Source: Chrysomallon squamiferum
Lineage: Eukaryota > Animalia > Mollusca
DNA length: 64,000 bases
Direction: 5' to 3'
NCBI GenBank assembly: GCA_012295275.1
Contig: CM022670.1
Span: forward strand, 24,986,001 to 25,050,000
Shown: positions 34,148 through 48,300 of the stretch, piece after piece
How positions within the stretch are numbered: position 1 is the stretch's first letter
How the letters are laid out: each line of letters starts with the position of its first letter
Program-made: the position numbers and the translations under genes
Notes under the pieces: model-generated
What the model was told of the DNA's origin: nothing
The model's input: the letters and a program-made list of their open reading frames with translations, nothing else
Databases searched by the model: none

Positions 34148-36413
34148 CATTCATAAAACATTCATATTAATATCATAATAATATTTAAGAAAATAAATGA
34201 AAGACTTAATTTTAAAACAAATAAACTGAAGTTTAACAAAAAACCACAAAGAATAACACAGGCTATTTTACAATAAAATGAGAGTGTATCAATAAACTTT
34301 ATTATTAACAATGTATTTCAGTTATAAAAGGAGATTAAGATATTGTAAAATCAGAGCTTGAATTAAAAGTATACTTGAGGTATTCAAATAAAGGGTCTAA
34401 TACAATTCTTATTATTTACAAGTTTTGGATAACCTGTTTGTCACTCATTACACAGTGACAACTGGAGTAATGATGTCATTGCATACATTGTGAACTCATA
34501 CCTGTATTTTTGATAACTACAATAAACTTGAGTGAATTGGCTCCTCACCTGTATACAGTGACATGACAGTTTCAGAAAAATAGAGTTCCCAGATGTTTTT
34601 CTGTTGTTATAATTCATTATTAATAAAGCATGAAGAAGAAAAAAAAAAAAAAATCATAGAAATATAAAATAATAAAATATAACAGAAGCAAACAGGATAT
34701 AATTGAAAAACTATTTCTTTATATCACAAAAATTATTTGCAATGCAAAATTTTTCTATCATATGCTGTTATCATGTTTCTGACTTTTCAACAGGAATAGA
34801 GGGATTTTGTAACAATGTTTCAGTCAGTTTAATTTTAGTTTGAGTTCAAGAGATGGAAAAGGCATCTGTCCTCCTGTCTTCCAGCAATGAGGTCAGAAGT
34901 AGTTCATGATTTATATGACGGATATTAACAAGATGAAATCTGTCAAAGGTACAAATCAAATTTTTTTTTTTTTAATCAAGTTTTTACAGATAATTTCCTG
35001 TTTTTCATCAGTTAAATTTCTTTGTTACCAATATTTTAGACAAGTTTACATTTTTTTGGCATTTACTAATCAAAATAAATTAACTGATTTTTGCTAAAGT
35101 TTAAACAAAGACAAAAAATAAAATGGAAAATGTCAAAGAAGTGATAATGAAAAGATTTCAGAAGATTACAGTGTTTTCAAACTTATCCTTGTGGCTTGCT
35201 TATTCATCAGTAGAAACCATTTTACCAAATAATAAACACAACATAAAACCACAATGGATACAGTATTCACATTTACTAAAGACAAAGCTTGACACAGAAA
35301 CAAACAGAGAAGAAAACTGAATACATGGATGGAAGACAAAGAAAAACAGATAAGCTTATCTTCTTGTGACTACCATACAATTATTATTTAAAATATTGGA
35401 TGACTAATTAATTTTTGATTTTTCTGCTTCATTTAATTAATTTGTATTATATTATATTAATTTATTTATCATCTTTTTCTTTCAATGACTGCACTGAGGC
35501 CCAGTAAATTGTTTACATGTTGACATTTGGCTGGTGTTTGTTTGTAATTTACCTGATGGTAGCTGGTTTAATGTTTCTAACATACTTTGGTAGAGGCTAT
35601 GGTGAGATATTCAGAGTTTAAAATACAGCCATTGTTTGTATATTCTAATAAAATAATGACTGAAACACAATATTTTACTGATGATAATAGTAACTGTGAT
35701 ATTTATTTATCAAATGAGACATTGTCCAGTGTGTACAATCTGTAAAATTAATGTTTAGGCTTTATCATACCCATAGATATTTCTCCATAGAAATTGTAAC
35801 TGATCACCTAAAGACTCATTTTTTAACATATTTTTTGATTATATGCTGAACACTTGCTTCAGTAAACTGAGTAACAGTATTTGATTTTCCTCATAAAAAA
35901 TGGTAAATTTCTAGAAACCATTATAATGCTAATTATTTTAATATTGCAGATAAATAGTTAAATTATAATTTTTATTTAGAATTTTAGCTATATTATTATA
36001 TCTTTGCATTCTGTTTTAGGAAAAAATTGTTGGAAAATGGCAAAATATTTTCTATGGTCATTTTACAAGTTTGTTCATCAAGTATGTTCTAATTTAGTTA
36101 TTTCCTACTTAATATTAACTAATGTTACTTTTTTTCATAGTAAAATTCATCTTAAATGGTGTAATTAGGATAAATATATTTTGTATGCTTCCATGTAATT
36201 ATTTTATTGGGCTAGACATTTACAGTTGACAATAATACAAAATATTTTTGATAGTATTAAGCTTTTTGTTTTTAACATCAATAATAAATTTCAATTTCAT
36301 ATTACTTTATGAAAATTAAATAACTCAAATTTAATAGAAAAACAGAAAGCATTTTAAAAATATTTTCACATTCTATATTAGTAAACAAAAAAAAAATATT
36401 TTCATTAACTTAT

Positions 36414-36464
<51 letters not shown>

Positions 36465-39334
36465 TTTTTTTACACTTTATATTTTTGTTTTTAAATTTTT
36501 GTCAGAATTAAATATAAATCATTTTTATAGTTATACCAATTTTAATTTTTTAAACCTTTAAGAATTCAGACTGTACTTAACATTTTTTTTCAATCCACAA
36601 TTTGATTGATAATGACTTTTCTTTTCATAACAGATTCATTCAGTGCCATTACTGTCTGTGGCTAAGAGCTGTGAAAATGTAACTTTCTCCTGCAAAAATA
36701 ATCAAAAATGACTTTGATGAATAGACATCTCTAATTAATTTTCTGTGTTGTGTTGATAGCTCAGAGTTTTGACAACACTGAACAACTGATGGAGACAACA
36801 GGCAGTGTCGGAGGTTTGAAATATTATCAGATATATTTATTTGTTTTATAATCAAATAATTTATTCGATTAACAAAACAGTATAATAAAAATTAAAATAA
36901 ATAAAAAGATTTTTTGTAATAAAAAATAAAATAAAATTATACTCAAGCAGTGTTCATGTTGTTTTTTTAATTTATTTATTTTTTTTTATTTTAGTGTTAT
37001 CTTTTGTTATTCTTTTCTATATGCAGTTATTTATTGGGATGTCTATACTGTCTGTGATCCCTGAGTTACTAGAAATTGTGAATGGAATACAATTTGCTCT
37101 AAAAAATCAGTGTTAATCTAAATAAACTAAATAAAAAAATAACAGGAGAAGAAGAACAAAAAAAAAAAAATTGAAGTTAAAGTTATAAGATAAGTATTAA
37201 TATTTTCTTTTGTTTTTATGTTTTCAAGTAATGTATAAGAAATAAGTTTTACAAACATAATTTTTTTATCCATTATACCTGAAATGAACTGCAATAAGAA
37301 CTGTTTCAAAATCAAAACAGTAATAATTTATGCAATTAATTAATAATTGTTGATATATTATGTATTATTACATTTACATAATTCTGAATTTAAACATACA
37401 TAATACCGAACTGCACATAAAGAAAGGTGTCACATTTTATTAAAAGATTAAAAGTAAATATGTGTGACATAGGTTGAATTAAAATATGAAATTGCTTTTC
37501 CTTCAGTATTAAATTGTCAGTTCAACAGCAATACATGTGTGCCAATACATGCAGATTCCTCTTCTCATTCTAATTAACCTTATATATGTATATATCCTTT
37601 TCTTATGAATTGATAATTAACATCTCACTGCATTTTACTGTAAATGGTTATTTTACTTACAACTGTTGTTACTATGGTGCCATGAATGAGGAAACTACTT
37701 CTTTTTCTACACAGGTCTATGCTTTTTATTAATCAGTAGAAATTTTTACCTGTACCTTCATAAAATAATGATGATGATGAAAACAGTAATAACAATAGGC
37801 ACATGCAAGTGGATAACATGTGCTGTATCTTATTTGTTGGAAAAAAATGTATTTCAAATAAGGTAGATTAGGTTAATTAAACGTGTTAAAAATACATTTT
37901 TATTCAGAGTAAAATAATAATTATTTATGTTGCTGTAAGAAAAATTATTTAAAATATTTCAGTTGGGAACCAGGGGTAAACACCATGAACACTAGCCAAC
38001 TGCTTGATTTGAGAGAATACTGAAGTGTATAAAATTGCTTATAGTCTGTGCTTCAAGCACATCAGTTATGACTGCAAATTCAAGATAACATGTTAATCAG
38101 TGCTCTTATCTCTCATTACACATTAGATGCAAAACAGTTTAATCTCTTGAAGCTGATTAGGAATACACTGAAGTTTAGAGGTTTTCTTTTTGGTTTACAA
38201 ATTTACCAGTCACCATCACCTTCAGATGCTGGACAGTTTTATGACCAAAAAAAAAAAAAAAAAAAAAAAAGTAAAAATCTAAAGATTGTTTTGTGCTGAA
38301 CTATTGTGATTTGTTGCATATAATAAGAAAACAAACTTTCTTTGAACAACAAAGCTTTAATTAAATAATTGTTATCACAGGTAATAAAATAGCATATTCA
38401 GATCAAGATCAAGAGAACATAAACATGTCATATTAAATGTAAAACATGGAACAACAACAACTGGAAACATTTGTAAACATGCTGTGAATTACAATCAATA
38501 TTAGATATTGAAAATATTTAGATATCACATCATCTAATTAACCAAATTCAGTATCTTAAATATTTTATAAATATTATGTTTTGATTTATAATTAAAACAT
38601 TTGAATGCATTTTTGGTACTGGACGGAATAGATATCAGTATTTCCTGAATTCACAAAACAAACTATAATATTTATTATCTGATGGGAAATAACTAGTTAA
38701 TATAAAACACAAAATCAATAAATGAAGCAACATTACTAAATAAATCTGTCAAATAAATACATTTTTATAATTATGGCCTATAGAACAAATGTTTTAATAA
38801 TAAGATTTTGTTTTAGATTTGATCTTTCTGTCATTATTTAACTTTAATCTGACACAAATCTGTTCCACAAAATATTTGCTATGAATACTCAAAACACTTT
38901 TTAATTTTAATAAAAGTTAATGAAATTAATCATGAAATATCTGTTGCTTCAACAACATTTAACAATATATTTTAAACTGATAATAAATGAGAAAATGTGC
39001 TGAAAATCATTATCAAGTGAACAAACTCTAATTAACAGTGAACATTAAACATCAGTATCAAAATGAATTTAACATGTAAAACAAGTAACTACAGTTTATG
39101 CCAACAACTTGGTCTTCAGTCCAATCAGTGCTTTTGTGTTCCAAAAACATGAATATAATAATTATTTTTATTTTATACTAATTACATTAAAGTTAATCCC
39201 TCATGTTATTACTTCTGTTACTGTCCATTATGCACACTATTTAGAGTTTAAAATGTTCGTATCACATATTAAACAGCACTGAAGAGATGAGATCTGGTGA
39301 TATTGGAAACTGTAACAGTCGAGTGAGGAAAGAG

Positions 39335-39493
39335 TTAAACATTTTTGAGGAACAGTGCAGCACCACACAGAAGCCAGATGTTCTGGTTTCCACCACACGG
39401 CATGTTGAGACGGGCAATGATGTGGTCTCGAGCACTGCTGTAGTAGATGGGCAGAGAAATAACCTCATCCATTCCATACGGTTCTGGTGCATC
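39335..39493 (-). CDS. DYNC2H1: DYNC2H1 last coding exon
   Basis: atccag|GAT GCA; [17 protein letters not shown]...[21 protein letters not shown]; TAA 39335-39337. Confidence 0.95.
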   Translation of the reverse strand, partial: DAPEPYGMDEVISLPIYYSSARDHIIARLNMPCGGNQNIWLLCGAALFLKNV

Positions 39494-42400
39494 CTGGATT
39501 TAAAAATAAGAATAATAATAATAATAATAAAACAAGAAATTTATGATAAATTAAATTAACATGTAATTACAAATATGTTAAAAAACAATAAATAACAAAA
39601 AAAAAAAAAAGAAGCAAATGTAAACTAATAATTTTAAGGAAATATTTATTTGAAAGAAACTCAAAATTATTTTTAACAGTGATAGTCTTCTTCTTTCTCT
39701 TTTTTTAACATATAACTTAACATTATGCGACAAAATGAATATAAATAAATAAATAAACAAATAAATTAAGTGGTATTTGTGATAAAAAATCACTATAAAA
39801 CCCCTTTCTGTAGTACCAAAAACATAATAATGGCAGTCACATGTCTTATCACTTATAAAATTTAAATCACCTTTGGTATCCAGGCAACACTGCAGGGTGG
39901 GATGGCTGATATGCTGGGTGAGTCACGCTGGTTTTCTGACAGTCTTGTTCCATCAAAGCTGCAGCCCTCCAGCTGAAGTCCACCGATTCTAATTGTGGTT
40001 TGAGCTCCCTTTATAGAAGAACCTCTCCACGTGCAGGCAAACTTGAGACTATCCATCGAACACTGGATCTCTCTGAAAAATAGCCACAATATTGTCATTT
40101 TTTTATTTTCCTTTCTGTTTTGATGCTAATACTCAGTTTCCCAATTGCAGTTGTATATGCAACAGATGTCTTGCTGGTTAGAAGCACTAAATAATGGAGA
40201 TGTTCATTCCAACGTAATGTTTTATACAGATGAATTAGCCATTTATAATTAGACATTCTATTAAAAAACAACTTTTAAGTTTAATCCACACATTATTTCA
40301 TTTTTTAAACTGATGTCTATTATAGTGATTAAAAGCAAAATTATTATGTAAAAAAATATTTCCAAAAAATAATAAAAAAAATTACCTTGCAGTCTGCTGT
40401 CTGAATGCATTAAGGAAGGTGTCTGGGTGGAAGAGTTCTGACAGGTCAAGTGTTTGTGTGAGCAGACTGCCTGTCTCAGCTTTCTCCACCCAGCTCTGGA
40501 TAGCAATAGCTCGTGTGACTAGACCCCGCAAATAGTGAAGTGGATCTTCTGGTCCATCCCAGCGATCTTGCCAGAGTATTGGTGTCTGAAAGCATAAATT
40601 ATATAAATATACTTTTTAATAAAAGATACATTCCTCAACTTCAGCTGAAATAAATTTCAGAACTAGAAGATACTTTAACCAGTAAAAAAAAAAAAATAAA
40701 ATAAAAAAAAAAAAAATTCCCAACTCTTAAAAACCGAAAAAAAAACAACAGCAACCCAACAACATCAGTTAGAATAATATTATTTTTTTTTTTATAATGT
40801 AGTATTTTCTCTATTTTGATAATGTTAGAAATCTAATTATAACAAAATAAATTTTTATTAATCATAAATATATAACACAGTAAGAATACTCTGAGGGATA
40901 TTTAACATGTACTAGTGTGTGTCCAGTATGTTTTTTTACCTCTTGATTAAGAAGAGCTGCTGCCAGGTTTTGGACTTCGTTGGTGAGAAGCTGAGTTCCT
41001 CTAATGACTTTACTTAGAGCTGCAAGCGAGGCATGGACACTCTGGACAAGCTTCACAGCATTGAAACGCTCAAGCAGAATGAATGAAACAATTGGAGATG
41101 ATTTGCTTCCCTTCTCAGTAGGTGGCGACACTTTCATCTGAATCAACTGTGAGCCCTGGAGTAAATAACAAAACAAAAAAATAAAATTTATAGTTTAACA
41201 TTAAATCTGAGATAAAGATAATAAACTCAGAAAATACTCAAAAATAAGTTTTTTTTCTTCAAAAATGATATGCAAAAAATGAATACAGTCTATGAAAACT
41301 GAAATGAAACATACTTTTATCCCTATATAATAATAATAATGTACACTTGATATATATATTCAGATAGCCTTACTTCCAAAATTTATTTTCTATTGTTACT
41401 TAATTAGATTTTAAATAACAGTTAAAACACCACTACTGTATTCTTCATCTATCTTATACTACTATCCAGTAATAAAAATAACAAGCATCCATTATATAAA
41501 CAAACAATAAGGAACAAGACAATAAATTGATTTTAATTATATATATGAATTTCTGTATATGAAATAAACACAGTACCTGGTTCAGTTTTTTCCACAGGTT
41601 AAGAACAGGTCCAAGCTCATTAGCCCAGACCTCCTTGTCAAACTTGCTGGCCTTGAAATCAGATCTCTGTAGAATCCTGAGCTGGGAGATAACCTGTGAA
41701 CTGATGATTCTCTGTGTTGATCTCTCTATGTTCTCAGGCAAGCCAAAAAATGACGGCTTATCAAATTCTGGTAGAGACTCAATTGCATCAATGAAATCCT
41801 GTAAAATTATGAAATAGTCTATATATATATTAACATTTTGTTTTTATATAATAAATAAAAAAAATAGTTATGTAGCATCTATTCTATTTAATTTTTATCA
41901 AGAACATATTTTTAAAATGAGTCAGAAAATATGCTGCAAGGTTAGACATAGTAAATACAAGACATTACCCTGTAGTTGGTGCTTGTAGGCAGGTGGATGG
42001 GGCCAAGTCTCTTGTTTCTGCCCTGTGAAGACAACACACTGGCATCAAAGAACTGTTTCAGATACGACACCAAGACTCTGACATCAAATGGGTTGTCCAC
42101 CCGTCCACCATAAATAGCATTTTCAAAAAGTCCATGAATAAAGAGCCACTGAACATCCTGACCTACAAAAACAACACAAAATATGTTGTAAAAGAATAAA
42201 CATATCAGTTTTGAAAAATAGTATTTATGTAAGATGACTGATGGTAGATAAGAGAGGCAGCTAATGTTTTAAATTGTTAAGCCTGGTATCACAATGGCTA
42301 AGCTATGAGCCCAATGTGGCCAGAGACAGTGCTACTACTATATAACTGGACGTTTCTATAATAAGACAAAACTCCTCTTTTTTTTCCCTTCAACTCTCAT

Positions 42401-45262
42401 TGTTGTGTGCAGACAATACATGTCTGTGGTTGACAGTTTTAGTAATAATAATAAAAAAAAGAAATGAATGATTAATTTCTGAACTGCTTTTCGTAAGTTT
42501 ACATATACAAAGCTGTTTAATGAATGTTTATAAAGTGTTACATTATAAAGTGTTACATTTCAAAAGAACTACAAACCTGTTCCTTGGCACAGTCTGTCAA
42601 TGATATTAGCTCCAGCTCTCAAATCACCAAGAGAGAATTCATAGAACTTTGTCCAACCCTTAATAAAAAATTAAAAAAATAAAACAATAAATATTATCTA
42701 CAGATAAATAGGATATCAGAACAAGTATAAATTTTCTTTTCTTTAAATGTAAATTGAAACATGCATTAATAATAATTCCATTAAAATCTTCATTAGCTGA
42801 TATCTAGATACCTCCATATATTACTAATAATATATGATAATGCTGAGATTACCATAGAAATATCAGTACCCCATCAATTTAAAACCTGAAATTCAATGAA
42901 TACTTTCTTTTATGTTTAAGTGTTTAATGCAGGTAATAACCTTTTCACTTAAGCTCAGTGATATGATATTTAAAATCCTAAATATAATCTTGTCACTACC
43001 ATTTGGAATATATACAGTTATATATTTTTATTTATTTAAGTAATGAAAGTAAATATATATTTGATGTATTGTACCTGTGGAATGTACATTCGACGTTCCT
43101 GTACTACAGCATGGAACCAGGCCAAAGCAAACAAAGCTTGGCTCCTAACAACACTGCCACCACGACTGATGTATTCAGGACTCCATGACTCATAGGTACG
43201 CATCAGGTTTCTCTTCACACCAGGAGGGGCCTAACAATTTTATAAAATATTTAGTAAGATGTAGAGTAATTTTCAACAATGAAAAATCCTTCTAGACATT
43301 AATAAATTAATGCAATTACATAATAATAATAATAATATTAAATTTTAAAAAAATAGATAAAAACAGTAAGAAAATGATAGTAACATTATAAAAAGTTAAT
43401 TTATTATTAACATATTTCATCTTAATGAACAAAAAATAATATTCAGTTCCCAAAGTAAATTTATTTGATGAAATCTAATAAAGTTACAGAAAATTAATAT
43501 AAAGATATTTGAAGTCTTTGATAACTGGTAACTGAAAAACATATGAATTTACTCACTTCATATGTAATTTTCAAACTGGACTGCAGTAAAATGGTTGGAA
43601 ACTTGTGGTGGACTTCTGCTGTCAACCAAAGTCTAAAATCTTCATGTGGTTTCATGTTGTTAATTTCCTACAAAATGTACAGAACAAAAATGAATGAAAT
43701 GACAAACATTTGACCCACCTTAACACATTTTAATATTAATGATAACTAGGAAACGTAAGAATTGCATATAATTAAGATACTCCTTGGAGTATTCTTACTG
43801 ATAGAAGTAAAGGATCATTCATACATATGCTATCATAATGAAGAAAGCACACAAAATATGGCCTTTGAAACAGAGGCTAAACTATTTAAACAAACAGAAC
43901 TGAAAATAGTTAAATTTTAGTTTCATTATGAATAACTGAAATTAACAGATCATAAAATGAATAAAATGTTAAAATAAAACTTCCACAAGCAAATAATTGT
44001 TATTAAAACTGAGAAATGCACCTTCTCAAGCAGTGGGAGCCATGCTGTAACAAGGTGGAGATTCTTCAGACAAAGCCACTCTCCATTCTGTGAACACTCG
44101 TGAAGAAGCTGCATTGCCAGGTCAGCCTGACCTTGACCCATTGCCACCTGAAAGAAAATAACAGAACCACACATAATAGCTTCTAAACATTCATTAAATT
44201 TTGTTCAGTTAAAATAAAATAAATCAACATTATAGTCATAAAAGCATCATGCTACAAGTAATATATTTACTTAAACAAAATAAATATACTGTCATTAAAG
44301 TATTGCTACAAGATGTACATTAAAGCGACATGATGTTTTTCTTTAATGCACAAAATATTTAATGTGAAATATTAAAATCTGAAAGGATTAAATCAAAATA
44401 AAGACAAAACAATAAAACCTAAACCGCTTTTGCATATCAAAGCTGATTATTTTAAATGCATGATTTATAAAATGTTGTTTTTCAAGCATTAAAATCTATA
44501 ACAAGTTTATGAAGTTAAATAAAAAAATAAAAATAAATATACAGAATAAAATGATAATAATGCAAATTGTTTTCATGTCAATGCTAACTGTTTAAAATGG
44601 ATGACAACTGAAATACCTGGTGATATTTTTCCATGCCAATCTCTTCCTGGGCCATTTCCTGAAGTTCTTGAGATGGGTCAGCTCCAGGTGAGATGACAAT
44701 TAGAACAGGCTCAGTGGGCAAAGTTTCTGCATACAGCTTCTTCAGACTCACACTTGGTGGTGACAACTCTTTCAGTGCTGTCAAATGTATACAAAGAAAT
44801 ATTTTATCTCCTAAATCATTATTTCATGTTATGCTTTATCTGATCTTTATTTTACATTAAAAATGATTTAAAAAAATTAAAAATTAAAAATTTAAAAATT
44901 TAAAAAATGTCGACATGAGCCTATAATAATTATTTGAGATTGCAAATTCTTTTTAATATTGTCATAAAATATTTTTCATAAGAACAGTTCTGATATGACT
45001 GTTTATCAGTCAGAATTTATTAAGAATATGACTAAATATATAATTATCTTGATTATTTTCTAAACAAATAATCTCTTTCACAGCATAAGGAGAAACAAAA
45101 TGTTCTTGCTTTATGATATATTTACATTACATTTTAATAAGCAAAGATAATATACAACAACAGCTGAACATTAACATTTCATTATTTTCTGAACAGATAC
45201 TTTTTATTTTATCTGCTTCAAACTATTCTTGCAACTTAGCCTATTACTTTCCATTGTAAGTG

Positions 45263-45300
<38 letters not shown>

Positions 45301-48300
45301 AATATTTATATATGGATAGACAGATACATATGCCAGTACTAATCTACACTAACATTGGTTTTAAAATGTAACTCACACAGTGCTCTGCTGGCAAACTGAC
45401 TCATGGCACTCTGAAGTCTGTCAGGTCTGACAGCCTGGACTATCAGGACTTGTTGAAATGGTGTTGTTTTCTTCTGTATGACGGATGGAAAGTCCTGCTC
45501 ACACTGGCTGCTGCGGGCAAAGTTTGACCACAAATTGGTATCCTCCATGTCCAGTTGTTGGTACAGAGATGGAAAATTTGCCTGTGTAAAAGAAATGATA
45601 ATAATAACAAATGCATCTAAACACAAGTCTGTAATATCTATAATGCTTGAAATTTAACCAAAGTAGAGGATTTAAATTGTAACGTACATGTTATAAAAAT
45701 GGAAGATAACAATGAATGAATTATGTCAGTTAATTTTTACACAATTTTATCATCTTTCTATTTAATTATATTAATTTTTAATTAAAGGTGAAATATTTGT
45801 TAGAAATAGTGATCATTTCTAAGCTAATCAAATTTCTAATGATATGTAAATTAGATGGAAATTGTTTTAAAAATATGCACAAATGGGTTCAAAATGCAAC
45901 TGACAGAATTGGTTTGTGTCAAAATTTACCTTCAACATGCTCACTGCCTGGGCTCGCTCTTGGTCAACCCAGGGTGGACAGTGATGATCTCCCTTGATGT
46001 CTGCTACCAGTATACCACTGAATGCATCCCATTCCTTTACAAAACAAAATTATAAAAACAATGAACAAGATTACCTCAGTCTTTTTCTCAATATGTCAAT
46101 ATTTCCACTCAAAATGTTTTGCTATCTTGTAAATGATCAGGTATGAAGAAAAAGAAATATTTATTTGTCAGAGTGTACTGAGCAGCATGTTAAAACAACT
46201 TAATACTTTAAAGAGTTCACATTTACAAGGTAAAAACAGATAAAATGACAGAAAAAAAAAAAAAAAACAAAAGGAAAACTTGTATTTAAATGATTTTAAC
46301 AGTTATAATACAGGTCATATTTTTCACTGGTTCAATCAGTTTGAGATTTTATTTTTTAATTTCTGTTATTCCACAGATCTTATTTTCATTCTTATCTGAA
46401 ACTTACATTTTCTTTGAACATTTCTGGCTTTGTTCCGTACACCATGTGCATGGCAAACATGAGACGATCTGCCTTGAACAGTGAGCGACACACATACTCA
46501 AACACCAAACACTGCAGTTTGTTTATCAGTGTTCTAATCCTTGTTTCTGTACCGCTGCCATCCTGCCACATACATTAAAAAAATTAAATGTTTTACCATT
46601 TAAGAAAAAATAAAACAAAATCCATTAATTAATTTAACAAATCTTCAAAGTTAAAAGCTAATATTTTCCAAAACTAGCCAGGACCTCACATCTGATTTAC
46701 CAAAGGTCATTGCATGGGTCTTCTTTGTTACTGGAAAACTGCACATAAAAGATTACTTACTGCTAACAGTTTCGTAAGGTGTAGATTCAGTGAGTTCCTT
46801 CTAACATCATAAATATACAAAAATTGTGTGTTTTTTAAATCCACCAAGACTTAACAATAATGTGTTGTGTAAGTAATAGTCTACACTTACATGTTTGGTG
46901 AGAAGTGATCTCTGGAAGAGTCTGAGGAAGGCAGCCAGACTGAAGCGGTACATGTTGTTGATTTTAGCCAAGTCACATATAACAAAATACAAACAGCTTC
47001 CACTCTCAGCTAAAGGTAAGTAAGTATTTCTCTCCTGGAAATTAAAACAAAAAGGTGTATTTAAGAAAAAGCTAAATTAAATATTTTATTCAAAAACTTA
47101 CTGGTACTGGAATTAATAATCTTGGTTACAACATAACAAATTAAAATATCTGATGTCCAGCTAAACTGACTAGAGCTTTAAACAAAAATGAAAATGACAG
47201 ATTGTATTTAAGCAATGACTTCAGATTGCTTCACAAAACTACAATCTGACACCCATGTATTAAATCCAGGTATCTTTCCAGTTTTAAATGAAATGATCAT
47301 CTGTCTTGTAACTTTGTCCTATTTTCCATTAAACTAGGCTTTTATTAGGTTATATGAATGATACTGTATTGATCATTTACTTTGCCAGTATTTTATGATG
47401 TGAACAAACCTGGTCAAGAGACGCCTGCAGACGAACAGACTCAGTTAGTGAGTCACTGATTGTGATACTACTGGCCTTTGTCTTGTTGAGGGAATCCAAC
47501 AACTCCTTGTTCTCCAGAATACTTCCTTTGGCATTTGCTAGCTCCTGTAAAAAATACACAGTGGGTGATTTTTTAAAAAAAATGTTTTAAATCTCTGCCT
47601 GAACCCTTCTTTCAGTTCAAAACTTTAAATATTTTTTTTTTTGTTGTTTAAATATGGTTTTGGAGTTTTTGCAACAAAATGTTTTAAAACATGCTGTAAT
47701 TAACATTTCAAGTGGTTTTAGAAATCAGAGAAAAAGAAAAGCAGATTTAATAACTCTTGCAAAGTTAAATGAAACAATGATCCCATTTATTACTTTAGTT
47801 ACATCAACAAATTAATCTGCTTCTTTAGATAATTAATTTTGATGAAACTAAAATATTTCAGGCAAGAAAGTTATTTACACAGTCTGATGACACTGCTTAC
47901 CTCTAGCAATGATTCTTCTAGTTTGGCCAGCTGAATCTTCAGATCTTCCTCCTGTCTCAGCAAATCTGTTTTTCTCACTTCCAGCTCTGGCTTCTCATTT
48001 TGGATGGTGTTTGCAAGTAACTGTAAAAATAAATATAAACTTTCTATAAACCTGTCATAATATCTTCTTAGATAAAAATTAAAAAAGAAAGACCCTCCCC
48101 TCAAAATACCACAGTATATTGTTATTTTATTTAAATATATCCGAAGTTTCTGTTTTTACTATCTCTGTGATGGAAAGCAGTGTTTTCTCTTCAGTTTCAA
48201 TGTTTTACCATCCTTTTACAAGTATGAAGACCTTGGTAAATACTCTTTGAATTTACCAATGTTGTAATAATTCATAACTGTCACTATTTATTATTAATTA

